Positions 16,025 to 25,184 of a stretch of 33,131 nt of DNA are shown here, piece by piece (positions within the stretch are counted from its first letter, which is position 1; each line of letters begins with the position of its first letter). The translations under genes and the position numbers were made by a program. The DNA comes from a virus (taxonomy: Duplodnaviria; Caudoviricetes), in the IMG/VR virus record IMGVR_UViG_3300022917_000021, positions 1 to 33,131 of that record. The stretch is one strand, 5' to 3'. The notes below the pieces were generated by a model. It had not been told where the DNA came from. It saw only the letters and a program-made list of their open reading frames with translations, and ran no database searches.

Positions 16025-16965
16025 CGGAACCCTCCGTTGAGGATCCAGCCGGCGTCATAGCGCGGGCCCACGAGAATGCCGTCGTAGTTACTGACCGGGG
16101 CCGGGACGGCGTTGAGCGACTTGACGTGCGTTTGCGCCGTCTTCCAGTTGGCCTCCATGGTCTGCGTCCACGCCTTGCCGTATTCGGGCGCGAGTTCCTT
16201 CGCGAGCGCCCACTTGATCCAGCGCACGTAACCCTGCGGCACAGATGCCTGCTGCGTCAGGGTAGCGAAGTTCGTGAGGATGTTGTCCGAGAACAGGTGC
16301 AACTGACCTGCACCGGACGGGTTCTGATAGAAATACAGGTTCCCGAGCGGATACGTCGGGTTGTACCACATGGCAATTGGCCACGGCGCGCTGATGCCCT
16401 TGTAGCCGATCGCGTTGTATTGCTTCTGATCGACCGATTGAATGGGATAGTCGAGCCCGCTCGTTCCGGCCGTTGTGATGCGCGTGAAGGAGTCCGTGAC
16501 CCGCAGCGGGCGAGGCATCTTGAAATCGCCGGGAATCGTGTAGGCGATCTGCTGCAGGCCGGGTGACAGATTGGCCGGCGCGCTCATGGTGATCGTTCCG
16601 GCGCCCGGATTGGTCGAAAGCACCGTGGTGCCGGCGGGAATGCCGGTCCCAGTCAGGTCCGCTCGAGCGATCATGTCCGCGGGCACTGTTGCGCCCGTGA
16701 TTGTTGCTGACAGGTTCGTCACGATGCCGGGGAATGAACCGGCCGCGTAATTGCCAACCGTGTATTGATACTGCCCCGGAACGAAGGTGAGTAGCGTTTC
16801 GGTGGAAGCCGGCACGCTCGACTGATCCGTGCTCCACGAGTCGAGCAGCTCGTTCAGCGTGTCGAGCGCATCGATGGCATCGTCGTTCGCCAACGTTTCC
16901 CCTGGCGCATAGGCGTTGATGCGCTTGAGCGCGCCCAGGATCAGGTCATTGGCGGTGACAGCCAT
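16021..16965 (-). CDS. Head-to-tail adaptor (P22 gp4-like) with an inserted beta domain
   Basis: TANDLI..AL..I.....GE.....D..DAL..LN..LDSW and LAKELAPEYG motifs. Confidence 0.82.
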   Translation of the reverse strand: MAVTANDLILGALKRINAYAPGETLANDDAIDALDTLNELLDSWSTDQSSVPASTETLLTFVPGQYQYTVGNYAAGSFPGIVTNLSATITGATVPADMIARADLTGTGIPAGTTVLSTNPGAGTITMSAPANLSPGLQQIAYTIPGDFKMPRPLRVTDSFTRITTAGTSGLDYPIQSVDQKQYNAIGYKGISAPWPIAMWYNPTYPLGNLYFYQNPSGAGQLHLFSDNILTNFATLTQQASVPQGYVRWIKWALAKELAPEYGKAWTQTMEANWKTAQTHVKSLNAVPAPVSNYDGILVGPRYDAGWILNGGFR

Positions 16966-17330
16966 TACTCGTAGAACACGCTGATGATGCCGGAGCCCGC
17001 AGCGACGGCTGTGTTGTCACTGTCGGCCGCAAGGTTGGTCACCGCGAAGTAGAGCTCGCCCGCCTTGCTCACGCCGTCAGGCCATGACTGCAGAACGTTG
17101 CCTGTGGTCGTGCCGAGAGCCGGCAACTCGATCGTGATATCGGGCACGGTAGTGCCGACGGTTGGTGCTGCAGCGGCGGCCTGCGCGGGGATGAACCAGT
17201 AGAACTTGAGGAAGATTGCCGCCGCCGTGGTGTTGAGCGCGGCAATCCCCTTGAGCGTCGCCTGACCTTCCTTGACCTTCGTCAGGTTGGTGGTGTTCGC
17301 CGTGGTGAGCTTGCGGATACCTGCAGCCAT
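16965..17330 (-). CDS. Putative virion protein
   Basis: MAAGIRKLTT..., Thr/Ala-rich beta protein in the head cluster. Confidence 0.7.
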   Translation of the reverse strand: MAAGIRKLTTANTTNLTKVKEGQATLKGIAALNTTAAAIFLKFYWFIPAQAAAAAPTVGTTVPDITIELPALGTTTGNVLQSWPDGVSKAGELYFAVTNLAADSDNTAVAAGSGIISVFYE

Positions 17331-17334
17331 GGCA

Positions 17335-17679
17335 TCACGCGATCGCGGTAGGGATCGATGCCTGGCTGTCGTAGCCGGCACGATCCACCTGGATCAGATA
17401 CGTCTCGGCTGCGGGGCCAATCGCACCACCCGAGGCGTTCATGTACGTCAGCGCGAGAGTGTCGTTTGCACTGACGCGCGCCGCGACGATGGCAAGGCCT
17501 GCCTGGGCGGACGGCTTCGATACGCCCGTGACGACATCGATACCCGCACGAAGGCCTGGGACCGTGATCGTGCGCTCGACGGAGGTGTTCGCACCGACGT
17601 TGGTCGTGACGGTGTTGGCGACCTGCAGGATGAAGGACCCTGAGACGTTCCCAAAGGAAATATTGGCTGGACCGGGCAT
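17335..17679 (-). CDS. Putative capsid decoration protein
   Basis: GGAG RBS; MPGPANISFG...; beta-sandwich pattern. Confidence 0.7.
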   Translation of the reverse strand: MPGPANISFGNVSGSFILQVANTVTTNVGANTSVERTITVPGLRAGIDVVTGVSKPSAQAGLAIVAARVSANDTLALTYMNASGGAIGPAAETYLIQVDRAGYDSQASIPTAIA

Positions 17680-17698
17680 GGAGAAACTCCTGAAAGGA

Positions 17699-17721
17699 TG
17701 CCCCGGCTCACAACCGGGGCA
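17699..17721 (-). terminator. Hairpin after coat+decoration genes (weak terminator or stabiliser)
   Basis: TGCCCCGG/CCGGGGCA 8-bp stem followed by TCCTTT on the minus strand. Confidence 0.55.
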
Positions 17722-17731
17722 ATGAGTGGCG

Positions 17732-18157
17732 TTACACCACGCTGGTCGGCGCGAACGCGTAGGTCGTGCTACCCGGCGGACGCGTGCTCTGGTTGAAGCG
17801 CGCAACCGTCAGCAGGTAGAGCCCCGTGAGGGGCACTACACCACCGGCCGTGGGATTCACGAACTCGAGGTAGAACTTGTCGTCTACCGCGGGATCGACG
17901 CGCGCATTGGCAACCACGACACCCGTCGTCATGCCGGGAGGGTTGACGCCGATGATGACGTCGCCCGCCTTGATGCCGGTGGCGGCAGTGACCTGCGTGA
18001 CGCCGTTCAGCCCGAAGGACTGCTCGGCCGTGGTGATCGTCGCCACAGAGACCGGGGTGAGATTCACCGCGATCGTCTGGATGGTGACTTCTGGGCTGTA
18101 AGGGCTCTGCGTGTTGACCGTGGTGATCGTGGCAGGACCCGGATTCACTGAAGGCAT
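17732..18157 (-). CDS. Putative capsid decoration protein
   Basis: AAGGAG RBS; directly follows coat; paralog-like to 17335..17679. Confidence 0.72.
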   Translation of the reverse strand: MPSVNPGPATITTVNTQSPYSPEVTIQTIAVNLTPVSVATITTAEQSFGLNGVTQVTAATGIKAGDVIIGVNPPGMTTGVVVANARVDPAVDDKFYLEFVNPTAGGVVPLTGLYLLTVARFNQSTRPPGSTTYAFAPTSVV

Positions 18158-18170
18158 GTGTGTGTGCTCC

Positions 18171-19532
18171 TTAACCGGCCACGCGGACGGCCATGTTGCG
18201 ATAGAGGCCAGCCCAGCCGTACAGAACGTCACAGCGGGTGGGCATCGCGTCGTTGTTGATGGTGTAGGCCGTGACCATGCGCATCGACATACCGATGTCC
18301 GCATCGTTGGCGCGCGCGGCAGACTCCACACCTCGGGGCAGCGGAAGATCCGCCGACGCAAGGGCGAACGCCGTCTTGTGATAGACGATGCCCTGCGGGG
18401 TCACCTTGTTCGCGTTCACGCCCGCGGCAGCACCGTTGACCGTGATGGCCGAGGTCGCCGTAAAGGCCGACGTCGTCACCGCGTTCTGGAACTGGCCACC
18501 GGTGATGCAGCACTCACCGATCAGGATCGAGAGCGCGCCCGCGCCGCTCGAGGTGTACACGCCCGTCGCAGCGTTGAACGTGCCGCTCGTGAGCGTCGCC
18601 GCCGCGAACGACGGGCCAGGGGTCGCCGCGCCGATCGGATTCGGCACGTAGCCGCCGGGAGGCAGCACGACGAACTGCTTGAGCGAGTTGCCGTACTGGG
18701 TGCGGCTCTGCGGATTGGCCGGGAACACGCCCGCGATCTGGATGATGTCGCCGACCTTCACCACGCCCGTGCTGTTGGTCCAGCCGTTCGTCTGGATGAA
18801 GCCGTTGTTCGCCCAGCCGGTCGTGAGGAACGCACCGCCCGTGTTCGCGGTGAGCAGCGGCGTACCGCCCTGCGCGCCGGTGGTGAACGCCACCACGTTC
18901 TGATCGCGATACCAGTCGAGGCCCGCGAAGTTCTTCGCGATGAAGCCGCGCCGCACGTAGTCGCCGAGCTGCGCCTGCGGATTGAACAGGCCCTTGATGC
19001 CGTCCACCGCAGCCGCGGCCGACAGCGGATCCAGCACGCAGCGACGGCTGTCGTCAGCCGGGCATGCCTCCATGTCCAGGATGGCATTCGCCTGCGCGAA
19101 GGTGAGGAACGAGGCCGGCGCAACCGCCGGGGTTCCCACGCTCTGCGCAGTCAGCTGCAACGCTGCGAAAAGGCCGTCCGAGTCGATGCGGTTCGCAACC
19201 GTCTGAATCATCGGATTCAGCACGCGCGTCTTGAACAGGTCCATCGACAGCAGAAGGTCCGCGGTCGTGAACTGCACATCGACGTGGAACTGGTTGTTGA
19301 GCGAGACCGGCAGGAAGGTCTCGTTCGTGTCCTCGACGTTCAGCGGCGCGCCGAACGTACCGAGGTAGCGGGGCGGACGACGGATGTTGACCGTCGCACC
19401 GATCTTGGCTTCCTTGATGGCGAACTCGTCGGAGTATTTCTTCTCCACGCCATCGGCGAAAACCAGCATGTTGTCGAGGACGAGCAACCCCGTGTTGACG
19501 ATGTAGCTCGTATTCAGCAGATTGTTACTCAA
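18171..19532 (-). CDS. Major capsid protein (P22 coat family)
   Basis: MSNNLL..., AKIGATVNIRRPPRY, RCDVLYGW motifs; TTG start with GGAG RBS. Confidence 0.95.
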   Translation of the reverse strand: MSNNLLNTSYIVNTGLLVLDNMLVFADGVEKKYSDEFAIKEAKIGATVNIRRPPRYLGTFGAPLNVEDTNETFLPVSLNNQFHVDVQFTTADLLLSMDLFKTRVLNPMIQTVANRIDSDGLFAALQLTAQSVGTPAVAPASFLTFAQANAILDMEACPADDSRRCVLDPLSAAAAVDGIKGLFNPQAQLGDYVRRGFIAKNFAGLDWYRDQNVVAFTTGAQGGTPLLTANTGGAFLTTGWANNGFIQTNGWTNSTGVVKVGDIIQIAGVFPANPQSRTQYGNSLKQFVVLPPGGYVPNPIGAATPGPSFAAATLTSGTFNAATGVYTSSGAGALSILIGECCITGGQFQNAVTTSAFTATSAITVNGAAAGVNANKVTPQGIVYHKTAFALASADLPLPRGVESAARANDADIGMSMRMVTAYTINNDAMPTRCDVLYGWAGLYRNMAVRVAG

Positions 19533-19560
19533 GGCAGTAGCTCCAGATGAGGGGTTGACC

Positions 19561-20562
19561 TCACCGGCGCGCGGCGCGAGCGACCCTTTGCTGTCGCTCG
19601 TATTCGCGCAGCTCCTGCACGCTCATCTTCGACGGGTCTTTCGTGACCGCGGTCGCCGAGGCGTTCAGGGGCGTGATCGGTGAGGGAGCGCGGGAGACCG
19701 TGCGATCGGCGGCAGTGCCCTCTTCGGGCTTCGGATCTTTTGCCTTCGGCTTCGCCAGCCGGTCTTCCAGTTTGCCGAGCTCGGCGATGGCCCGAATCGG
19801 CGACAGTTTTGCGATACGGTCGTATTCCGCGCGGTTCTCTGGCTTTGCAAAGTGATAGCCCAGGCGCACCCCGGCCTCGCCATTCGTGGCAAGGTAGACC
19901 GTGATGTGCGGGGGCATGTCGATGTCGCAGTCGCCTACAACTTCGGCGTAGTCGGGGAACTCTTTCGCCACCTTCGTGATGGCCTCGTTGAGCTCCGCCT
20001 GAGCCTGCTGTGCAGCCTGCTCACGCCGCTGCTGCTCGGCTCTCGCCTCGCGCTCTGCGAACTTCTTCTCGACCTTGTACTCGGCCAGTGCTTCGGCGTA
20101 TTCGCCGACCGTTTTGAAGTCGTCCGGGTTGGGCTCTTTCGAGTCCTTCTCGGGTTGGGCCTGTGACTTCGTACCCTTCAGCGCTTCGATTTCGCGCTGC
20201 AGGGCATCTGCCCGCTGTCGCTCTGCCGTGAGATCGCTGTACGTCGTACGGGCGAACTCCTCGGCCTCTTTCATCGCTCGGTGTTTCTTTCCGATCTGCT
20301 TGCGCACTCGCTCGGGAAGGTCCGCATCATCCTCATCGTCATCCACTGCAGCTTTCGCTGCCTCATCAACCTTGTCAGCTTTGACCTCTGCGTCCTTCGC
20401 AACGAACTTGCCGTCCTCGCCGCGCGGCTGCTCACCCTTGGCAGGCTCGGCCACGACTGCGGCATCAGCGGCCTTGGCAATCGCTTCCGCGGGCGGCTTG
20501 AACTCCGGCACCGTGCCGGTCTCAACGAGCTGCTGGAAGTTCTCAGAGGTCACGACTTGCAT
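19561..20562 (-). CDS. Scaffolding protein
   Basis: Charged coiled coil between portal and coat; ELGKLE..APSPITP..MS C-terminus. Confidence 0.85.
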   Translation of the reverse strand: MQVVTSENFQQLVETGTVPEFKPPAEAIAKAADAAVVAEPAKGEQPRGEDGKFVAKDAEVKADKVDEAAKAAVDDDEDDADLPERVRKQIGKKHRAMKEAEEFARTTYSDLTAERQRADALQREIEALKGTKSQAQPEKDSKEPNPDDFKTVGEYAEALAEYKVEKKFAEREARAEQQRREQAAQQAQAELNEAITKVAKEFPDYAEVVGDCDIDMPPHITVYLATNGEAGVRLGYHFAKPENRAEYDRIAKLSPIRAIAELGKLEDRLAKPKAKDPKPEEGTAADRTVSRAPSPITPLNASATAVTKDPSKMSVQELREYERQQRVARAARR

Positions 20563-20577
20563 ACATCATCCTGCGCA

Positions 20578-22767
20578 TTACGCGCCGTTGGTTTTCCGAT
20601 CGGTCTGGCCGGCCTTGATGGCCTTGTCTGCGGCTTTCGCTTCGTGGGCCGCCTCCACATGGGTGTTGAGCAGTTCGCCCCCCACCTTGATCTCTGCGAC
20701 ATCCCGTGAGGTGTCGCCCTGGATGTGCGCGACAGCGACCTTCGCGCGCACGTTCTTGTCCACTTCGCTCTGCCAGCCGGCGTAATCGCGCTGGCTGTTG
20801 AGGTCGTCGGTGTGCGCCTTGGTCTCGGTGTCGTGCGCCTTGCCCGTGGTGGTGATGAGCGTGCGACGGGTCTGGCCCTCGTCCTTCAGGCGCTCGATAT
20901 CCCCGTGGTACTTGATCTCGAGTTGCGCCTGCTGGAGCGCCTGCTGGGTCTGCTGCAACTGGCCCTGCAGCGTCTGGACGATGGCCTGCGCCTGCTTGGG
21001 CAGTGCCTTCATGGCCTCTTCCATGCCTTCAGGCGTGGTCGGCGCGATCGAATCGGCCAGCTCATCCGCGCCAGCGAAGTCCATGTTTCGGACGATGAGA
21101 TCCGGGCGCGTCTTCACGATCACTTCGCCCAACGGGGTGTTGAGCAGCTCTAGCATCGATTCGGCTGACTCTTCGCGCTTGGTCTGGTAGCCAGGGCCCG
21201 TGTCCATCACAACGTCGTAGCGACCCACGGTCAGGTCGTTCTTCACGCGCCAGATGGATTGACCGGCCTCGTCCTGTTCTTCGGCACGCTGGTTGATGCC
21301 TGTCATCGTGGGCACGCCGTCGTCCCCGATGATTCGCTGCATCCGCTCGGTGTCGTAGTAGTACGGGATCAGCTCGAGCAGGATGATGCCGGTCCACATG
21401 ATGGCGAGCATCTGGTTGTCGTAGTACTGAAAGTGGGTCAGGTCGGCCATGCCCTGCCGGCGCTGCAGGTATTTATTGCCCGACACGATCCGGCCCTGCA
21501 TCTCAGGGTTTTCCTGAGGCATTCCGGCGATGCCCATCAGGTCGTGCTCGGCGCCCTGCGCGGCCTCTGACATGCCGGCTTCTACCTGGGCGGGCTGGGT
21601 GCGCTGGGGAAGCGGCAGGAGTTCACCGCTCGGCCCCTGGATCGCTTTCGCGGACAGGACCGAGTAGCTGCGCTGGTTCGCGTCAGTCCACTCGGGGTGG
21701 CCCTCGATCGTCTCCTCGTAGGCAACCCATGGCGCCTTGGGAGTCAGCGCGTAGCGTTCCGTCTGCGCGGTTCGCCAGTAATTGAACATGCGCGCGGGAT
21801 CCATCAGGTCCTTGACCATGCCCTTGCGCTTCACCATGCCGTTCACGTCGAGGACGTTGCCCTCACAGCGAATCACCGGGATGTGGCGGCCTGGCAGAAC
21901 CTTGCGGTCAACGACCTGCTTGCCGTTGAGCCGAAACCACTGCACCTCGCAACGCGTGGTCTTGCGCTTGGCCACGATGGTGAGCCCCACCGCGTTCAGG
22001 ATCGGCTTCGAGGCAAGCTCCGATTTGAGCTTCACTGAGCCATCGCTCATGCGATACAGCTCGTCAGCCACCTCGAGAATGCGGAAGTACTCGGCGAGAC
22101 GGATATGGGTCTTGCTCTCCCACATCAGGCTCATGTCGCCCGGTGCATCCGCCTGCCATTCGGTGTTGGGCTGGTCGGGATAGCGGCGCTTGTACTCCTC
22201 GCGCGTCATGTCCTCGCTGATGAGGCACCACTTCTGGTCCTCACCGGCCGGCATGACGGCGCCCGGATCCATGTACACCGTGAAGGTGTTGCGGATCGGC
22301 AGGATCTTCAGCTCCTGCTCAAAGCTCTTCTCATCGATGTAGTCACCGACGATGCGCCAGTAACCCCAGCCGATGTTCACGGCGCTGATCACGCCCGTGT
22401 CGTAGGCCACAGAAGCGTTGCTCAGGGTCTCGATGTGGCGGATCAGGCCATTGACAGTTGCAGCAGTGTCGACATCAGCGCCATCTCCGACCGGGTGGCA
22501 CTTGATGCGCGGGCGCTGCTGGCGAAGCTGGTTCTCGACGCGCCGGCAGAAGGTGTTCGTGTGGTTGATCGTGAGCGCGGGGCGCTGCTCGACCGTGCGG
22601 GACTTTGCGATCTCCTCGTCCCACTGGTTGCCATCGCGGAAGTTGAGGGCAATGAGCCCCTCGACGCGATTCTGGCCTTCAGCATCCTCGCAGAGCTTCA
22701 GGCGCGCGCAAGCCTCGCGGAATATCTCCTCGTCAGTCTCGGCCGGCTTGTCGTCGCGGTCGGTCAC
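20578..22767 (-). CDS. Portal protein (P22-like)
   Basis: GNQW...RPALTIN, GMVKDLMDPARMFNYW, GRYDVVMDTGPGYQTKREE motifs. Confidence 0.96.
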   Translation of the reverse strand: MTDRDDKPAETDEEIFREACARLKLCEDAEGQNRVEGLIALNFRDGNQWDEEIAKSRTVEQRPALTINHTNTFCRRVENQLRQQRPRIKCHPVGDGADVDTAATVNGLIRHIETLSNASVAYDTGVISAVNIGWGYWRIVGDYIDEKSFEQELKILPIRNTFTVYMDPGAVMPAGEDQKWCLISEDMTREEYKRRYPDQPNTEWQADAPGDMSLMWESKTHIRLAEYFRILEVADELYRMSDGSVKLKSELASKPILNAVGLTIVAKRKTTRCEVQWFRLNGKQVVDRKVLPGRHIPVIRCEGNVLDVNGMVKRKGMVKDLMDPARMFNYWRTAQTERYALTPKAPWVAYEETIEGHPEWTDANQRSYSVLSAKAIQGPSGELLPLPQRTQPAQVEAGMSEAAQGAEHDLMGIAGMPQENPEMQGRIVSGNKYLQRRQGMADLTHFQYYDNQMLAIMWTGIILLELIPYYYDTERMQRIIGDDGVPTMTGINQRAEEQDEAGQSIWRVKNDLTVGRYDVVMDTGPGYQTKREESAESMLELLNTPLGEVIVKTRPDLIVRNMDFAGADELADSIAPTTPEGMEEAMKALPKQAQAIVQTLQGQLQQTQQALQQAQLEIKYHGDIERLKDEGQTRRTLITTTGKAHDTETKAHTDDLNSQRDYAGWQSEVDKNVRAKVAVAHIQGDTSRDVAEIKVGGELLNTHVEAAHEAKAADKAIKAGQTDRKTNGA

Positions 22768-23039
22768 GACAGCTCGCGCAACCTCGCGGCTGTGCTCATG
22801 AGCGTGAGTCGCACCTGATTGGCGACATCGTCGGCCCGGGACTGGCTGTCCATCTGCCCGCAGCGAAGGGCTGCAGCAGTGTCGAGCGACTGCGCGAGCT
22901 CAGGGGCTACACGCTTGATGTGCTCGATGAACTGCGCGGCCTGGATCAGCAGCGGCTTGATGGCCTTGGGGGCCTGAGATTCGGCATCCCGCAACGATTG
23001 TGCGAGATCGGTCGTGTCGTCAGGCGCAGCGAAGTGCAT
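22764..23039 (-). CDS. Hypothetical helical protein coupled to portal
   Basis: GTGA overlap with the portal start; internal LAQSL repeat. Confidence 0.65.
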   Translation of the reverse strand: MHFAAPDDTTDLAQSLRDAESQAPKAIKPLLIQAAQFIEHIKRVAPELAQSLDTAAALRCGQMDSQSRADDVANQVRLTLMSTAARLRELS

Positions 23040-23045
23040 GGCTCA

Positions 23046-23112
23046 CCGTGGCCCCGAAGGGCAAGTTCCAACTGGAAGTTGTCGAACCTGCGAGTTGACC
23101 CACTCGCCACGG
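23046..23112 (-). ncRNA. Candidate four-way-junction structured RNA / leader
   Basis: Four contiguous helices, cUUCGg tetraloop and a G-U pair on the minus strand. Confidence 0.55.
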
Positions 23113-23128
23113 GATATCAGCGCGTCGT

Positions 23129-23157
23129 ACTCTAAACCTCGGCAATTCAAGGTGCAA
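23129..23157 (-). promoter_or_regulatory. Candidate sigma70 promoter between terL and portal
   Basis: TTGCAC-17 bp-TAGAGT on the minus strand. Confidence 0.5.
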
Positions 23158-23164
23158 CGGAAAG

Positions 23165-24598
23165 TCAACCCATCCAGCCCGTCGGACGCACTCCCATCGG
23201 TCTCGATAGCTTCGGAGCGGGCTTGTTCTGCACGATCGCGAAGCGCTTCATCATCATCGCGTAGCGCGTGGCTGACAGAAGGTCGTCGCCTTCCTTCACG
23301 ATCAGCCCGTCCTTGCGGTGATACAGCCGGAACTCCTCGAACCAGTCGTTGAGGTGCGCGAAGACCTTCAACCGACCGGTCTGCATGCGGTCGAACATCT
23401 CGGCGACGCCCGCCTCGACGCCGTTCGTGCCGTCCTCAAAGGTTGCTCGAGTCGGCAGCATGCCAAGCCCCTGCTGCTTGTATTGCGCGGCGAGCTGCTC
23501 ACCCGAGCCCTTGTCGTGCTGGAGACCGTCATGGGGCCATGCCCACGGCAGCCACGCGCCCCAGGGCTTCAGGGCCGCGGCAAACATCGCAGGGGTTTGC
23601 TCCCGCTGGCGATGGGCGGCGATCACATAGAGCGTGTCGCTATCACGGTCCCAGGCAAGCTTCACACCCGCACTCGGGTGATCCCAGCCGAAGTCCAGGC
23701 CACCGATCTGCACCCAGTGCGGAGGGATGGCGAAGGCCTCGCAGCGGATCTCGTCCTCGTCTATCGGGAACACACGACCGCTTCCCAGCTGTGGAATGCC
23801 CTTGATGCGCGCGTCCCGCTCGTAGGCTGGATAGCTTGCGATGATTGCGGCGCGCTGCTCTGGGCTGTAGTGGGCGGCATCTTCAATCGTCATCTGGGTG
23901 ACGTGTGTGCCAGGCATCGCGCTGTGGCTGGGATAGAAGCGCTTGACCACGCCCGTGATACCGAGGAGCGGCGTGAAGGTGATGAAGGTGATGCCGCCTG
24001 TCGCATTGGTGCGCGTCAAGCCTTCGGTGTAGATGTCTTCGGGCGGCTCTTCGTCAAACCAGACGAAGTCGAGCGTTTCGCCCTGCCACTTCTCGCGGCC
24101 TTTCTCGTAGGCCTTGAACTGTATTGTGCTGACATCTCCGCTCGTGTGACGTACACGAATGGTATCCACGGCGTCAGCAAGCCCGCGGCTTGAGCTGGTG
24201 TCCACGATAGCGGCCTTAGGTATTGCACCCGTACCCCAAGCTCCTGGTCTTCCGAGGAGGATTCGCTGCGGGTTGTCTCGAGTGCTCTCACCAGTTACCC
24301 CTGCTGCCCAGCCTGTTACCGGCCTGTCCCACCTTCGACCTACCCACCACTCCGGGTACTCGCCCGTGAGGTGCATTGCCACTTCGTAACCAGCTCCCAG
24401 CGTCTTACCGAGCTGGTTGCCCGCCATCAGCAGTCGCTCGCGAAACGTCGCGCCAGCCGCATGAAACTCCGCCTGCTTCGAGTAAGGGCGGTACTCAGTT
24501 AACCGTCGGTAGCTCCGACGAACCGCTACTTCCCTCTCCAGCGCCTTGAGCAGCGAGATAGCTTCGGATTGACTGAAGGGTCGCGAGGAGCTCGTCAT
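23165..24598 (-). CDS. terL: Terminase large subunit
   Basis: Walker A AGNQLGKT, Walker B VWFDEE, TFTP, GLDFGWDHP nuclease motif, DDLLSATRYA. Confidence 0.97.
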   Translation of the reverse strand: MTSSSRPFSQSEAISLLKALEREVAVRRSYRRLTEYRPYSKQAEFHAAGATFRERLLMAGNQLGKTLGAGYEVAMHLTGEYPEWWVGRRWDRPVTGWAAGVTGESTRDNPQRILLGRPGAWGTGAIPKAAIVDTSSSRGLADAVDTIRVRHTSGDVSTIQFKAYEKGREKWQGETLDFVWFDEEPPEDIYTEGLTRTNATGGITFITFTPLLGITGVVKRFYPSHSAMPGTHVTQMTIEDAAHYSPEQRAAIIASYPAYERDARIKGIPQLGSGRVFPIDEDEIRCEAFAIPPHWVQIGGLDFGWDHPSAGVKLAWDRDSDTLYVIAAHRQREQTPAMFAAALKPWGAWLPWAWPHDGLQHDKGSGEQLAAQYKQQGLGMLPTRATFEDGTNGVEAGVAEMFDRMQTGRLKVFAHLNDWFEEFRLYHRKDGLIVKEGDDLLSATRYAMMMKRFAIVQNKPAPKLSRPMGVRPTGWMG

Positions 24599-24806
24599 CG
24601 CGCATCGCCTCGAGCGGTCGCTGCTCTACGGTCTGAGCCACCATGTCGGGCAATGTCTTGCGCAACAGGATGCCGGCGGCCTGAATCTGGGTTTTGCTCA
24701 TCTCCAGCTTCCCAGCCACGTGATTCTGCAAGCGATTGATCAGCATACTGGTGCGGATCTTTCGGCGGACTACTTCGGGGGTCCATGTGCGGTCTCGTGC
24801 AGCCAT
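24495..24806 (-). CDS. terS: Terminase small subunit (putative)
   Basis: Overlaps the terL start; KI..S.LINRL..H......MS.TQI.AA.ILL.KTLPD motif. Confidence 0.7.
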   Translation of the reverse strand: MAARDRTWTPEVVRRKIRTSMLINRLQNHVAGKLEMSKTQIQAAGILLRKTLPDMVAQTVEQRPLEAMRDDELLATLQSIRSYLAAQGAGEGSSGSSELPTVN

Positions 24807-25184
24807 TCACGCAGCCCTCAGGTCATCCCGCACAATCGCGACATCGGCTTCCTGCACGATGATGTGACGCTCGGTGCCCACCATGACCTCGGGGAACATG
24901 TAGCCCTTGCCGTCGAAGATGTTGAGGCCACCCAGTTCCACGATATCGCCGGGCTTGAGTTCTGTCGGCTGGAAACGCTTGGAGTAGTCCATGAGGCTGC
25001 GCGGGCCCTTGGGGCCGGCCTTGTACTTCTTCGGGTGGCAGCCAGGGCCAACCGCTACCACTTCGCCTCTCACGGCTCGTCCGTGACGGATGGCGATGAT
25101 GATCTTTGAGGCGTCCCATTCCAGGGGCTTGAGCAGGATCCGGTCGCCCATCATGCGAAGCTGGCCGTTCACGATATCGGTCAT
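24807..25184 (-). CDS. groES: GroES/Cpn10-like co-chaperonin
   Basis: GDRILLKP, GEVVAVGPG, LKPGDIV, IVQEADV motifs. Confidence 0.85.
   Translation of the reverse strand: MTDIVNGQLRMMGDRILLKPLEWDASKIIIAIRHGRAVRGEVVAVGPGCHPKKYKAGPKGPRSLMDYSKRFQPTELKPGDIVELGGLNIFDGKGYMFPEVMVGTERHIIVQEADVAIVRDDLRAA

Noticed and set aside
18111-19550. 479-aa plus-strand ORF and similar long antisense ORFs throughout
   Set aside because: Shadow frames of high-GC genes (here the capsid); Arg-rich, with no motifs.
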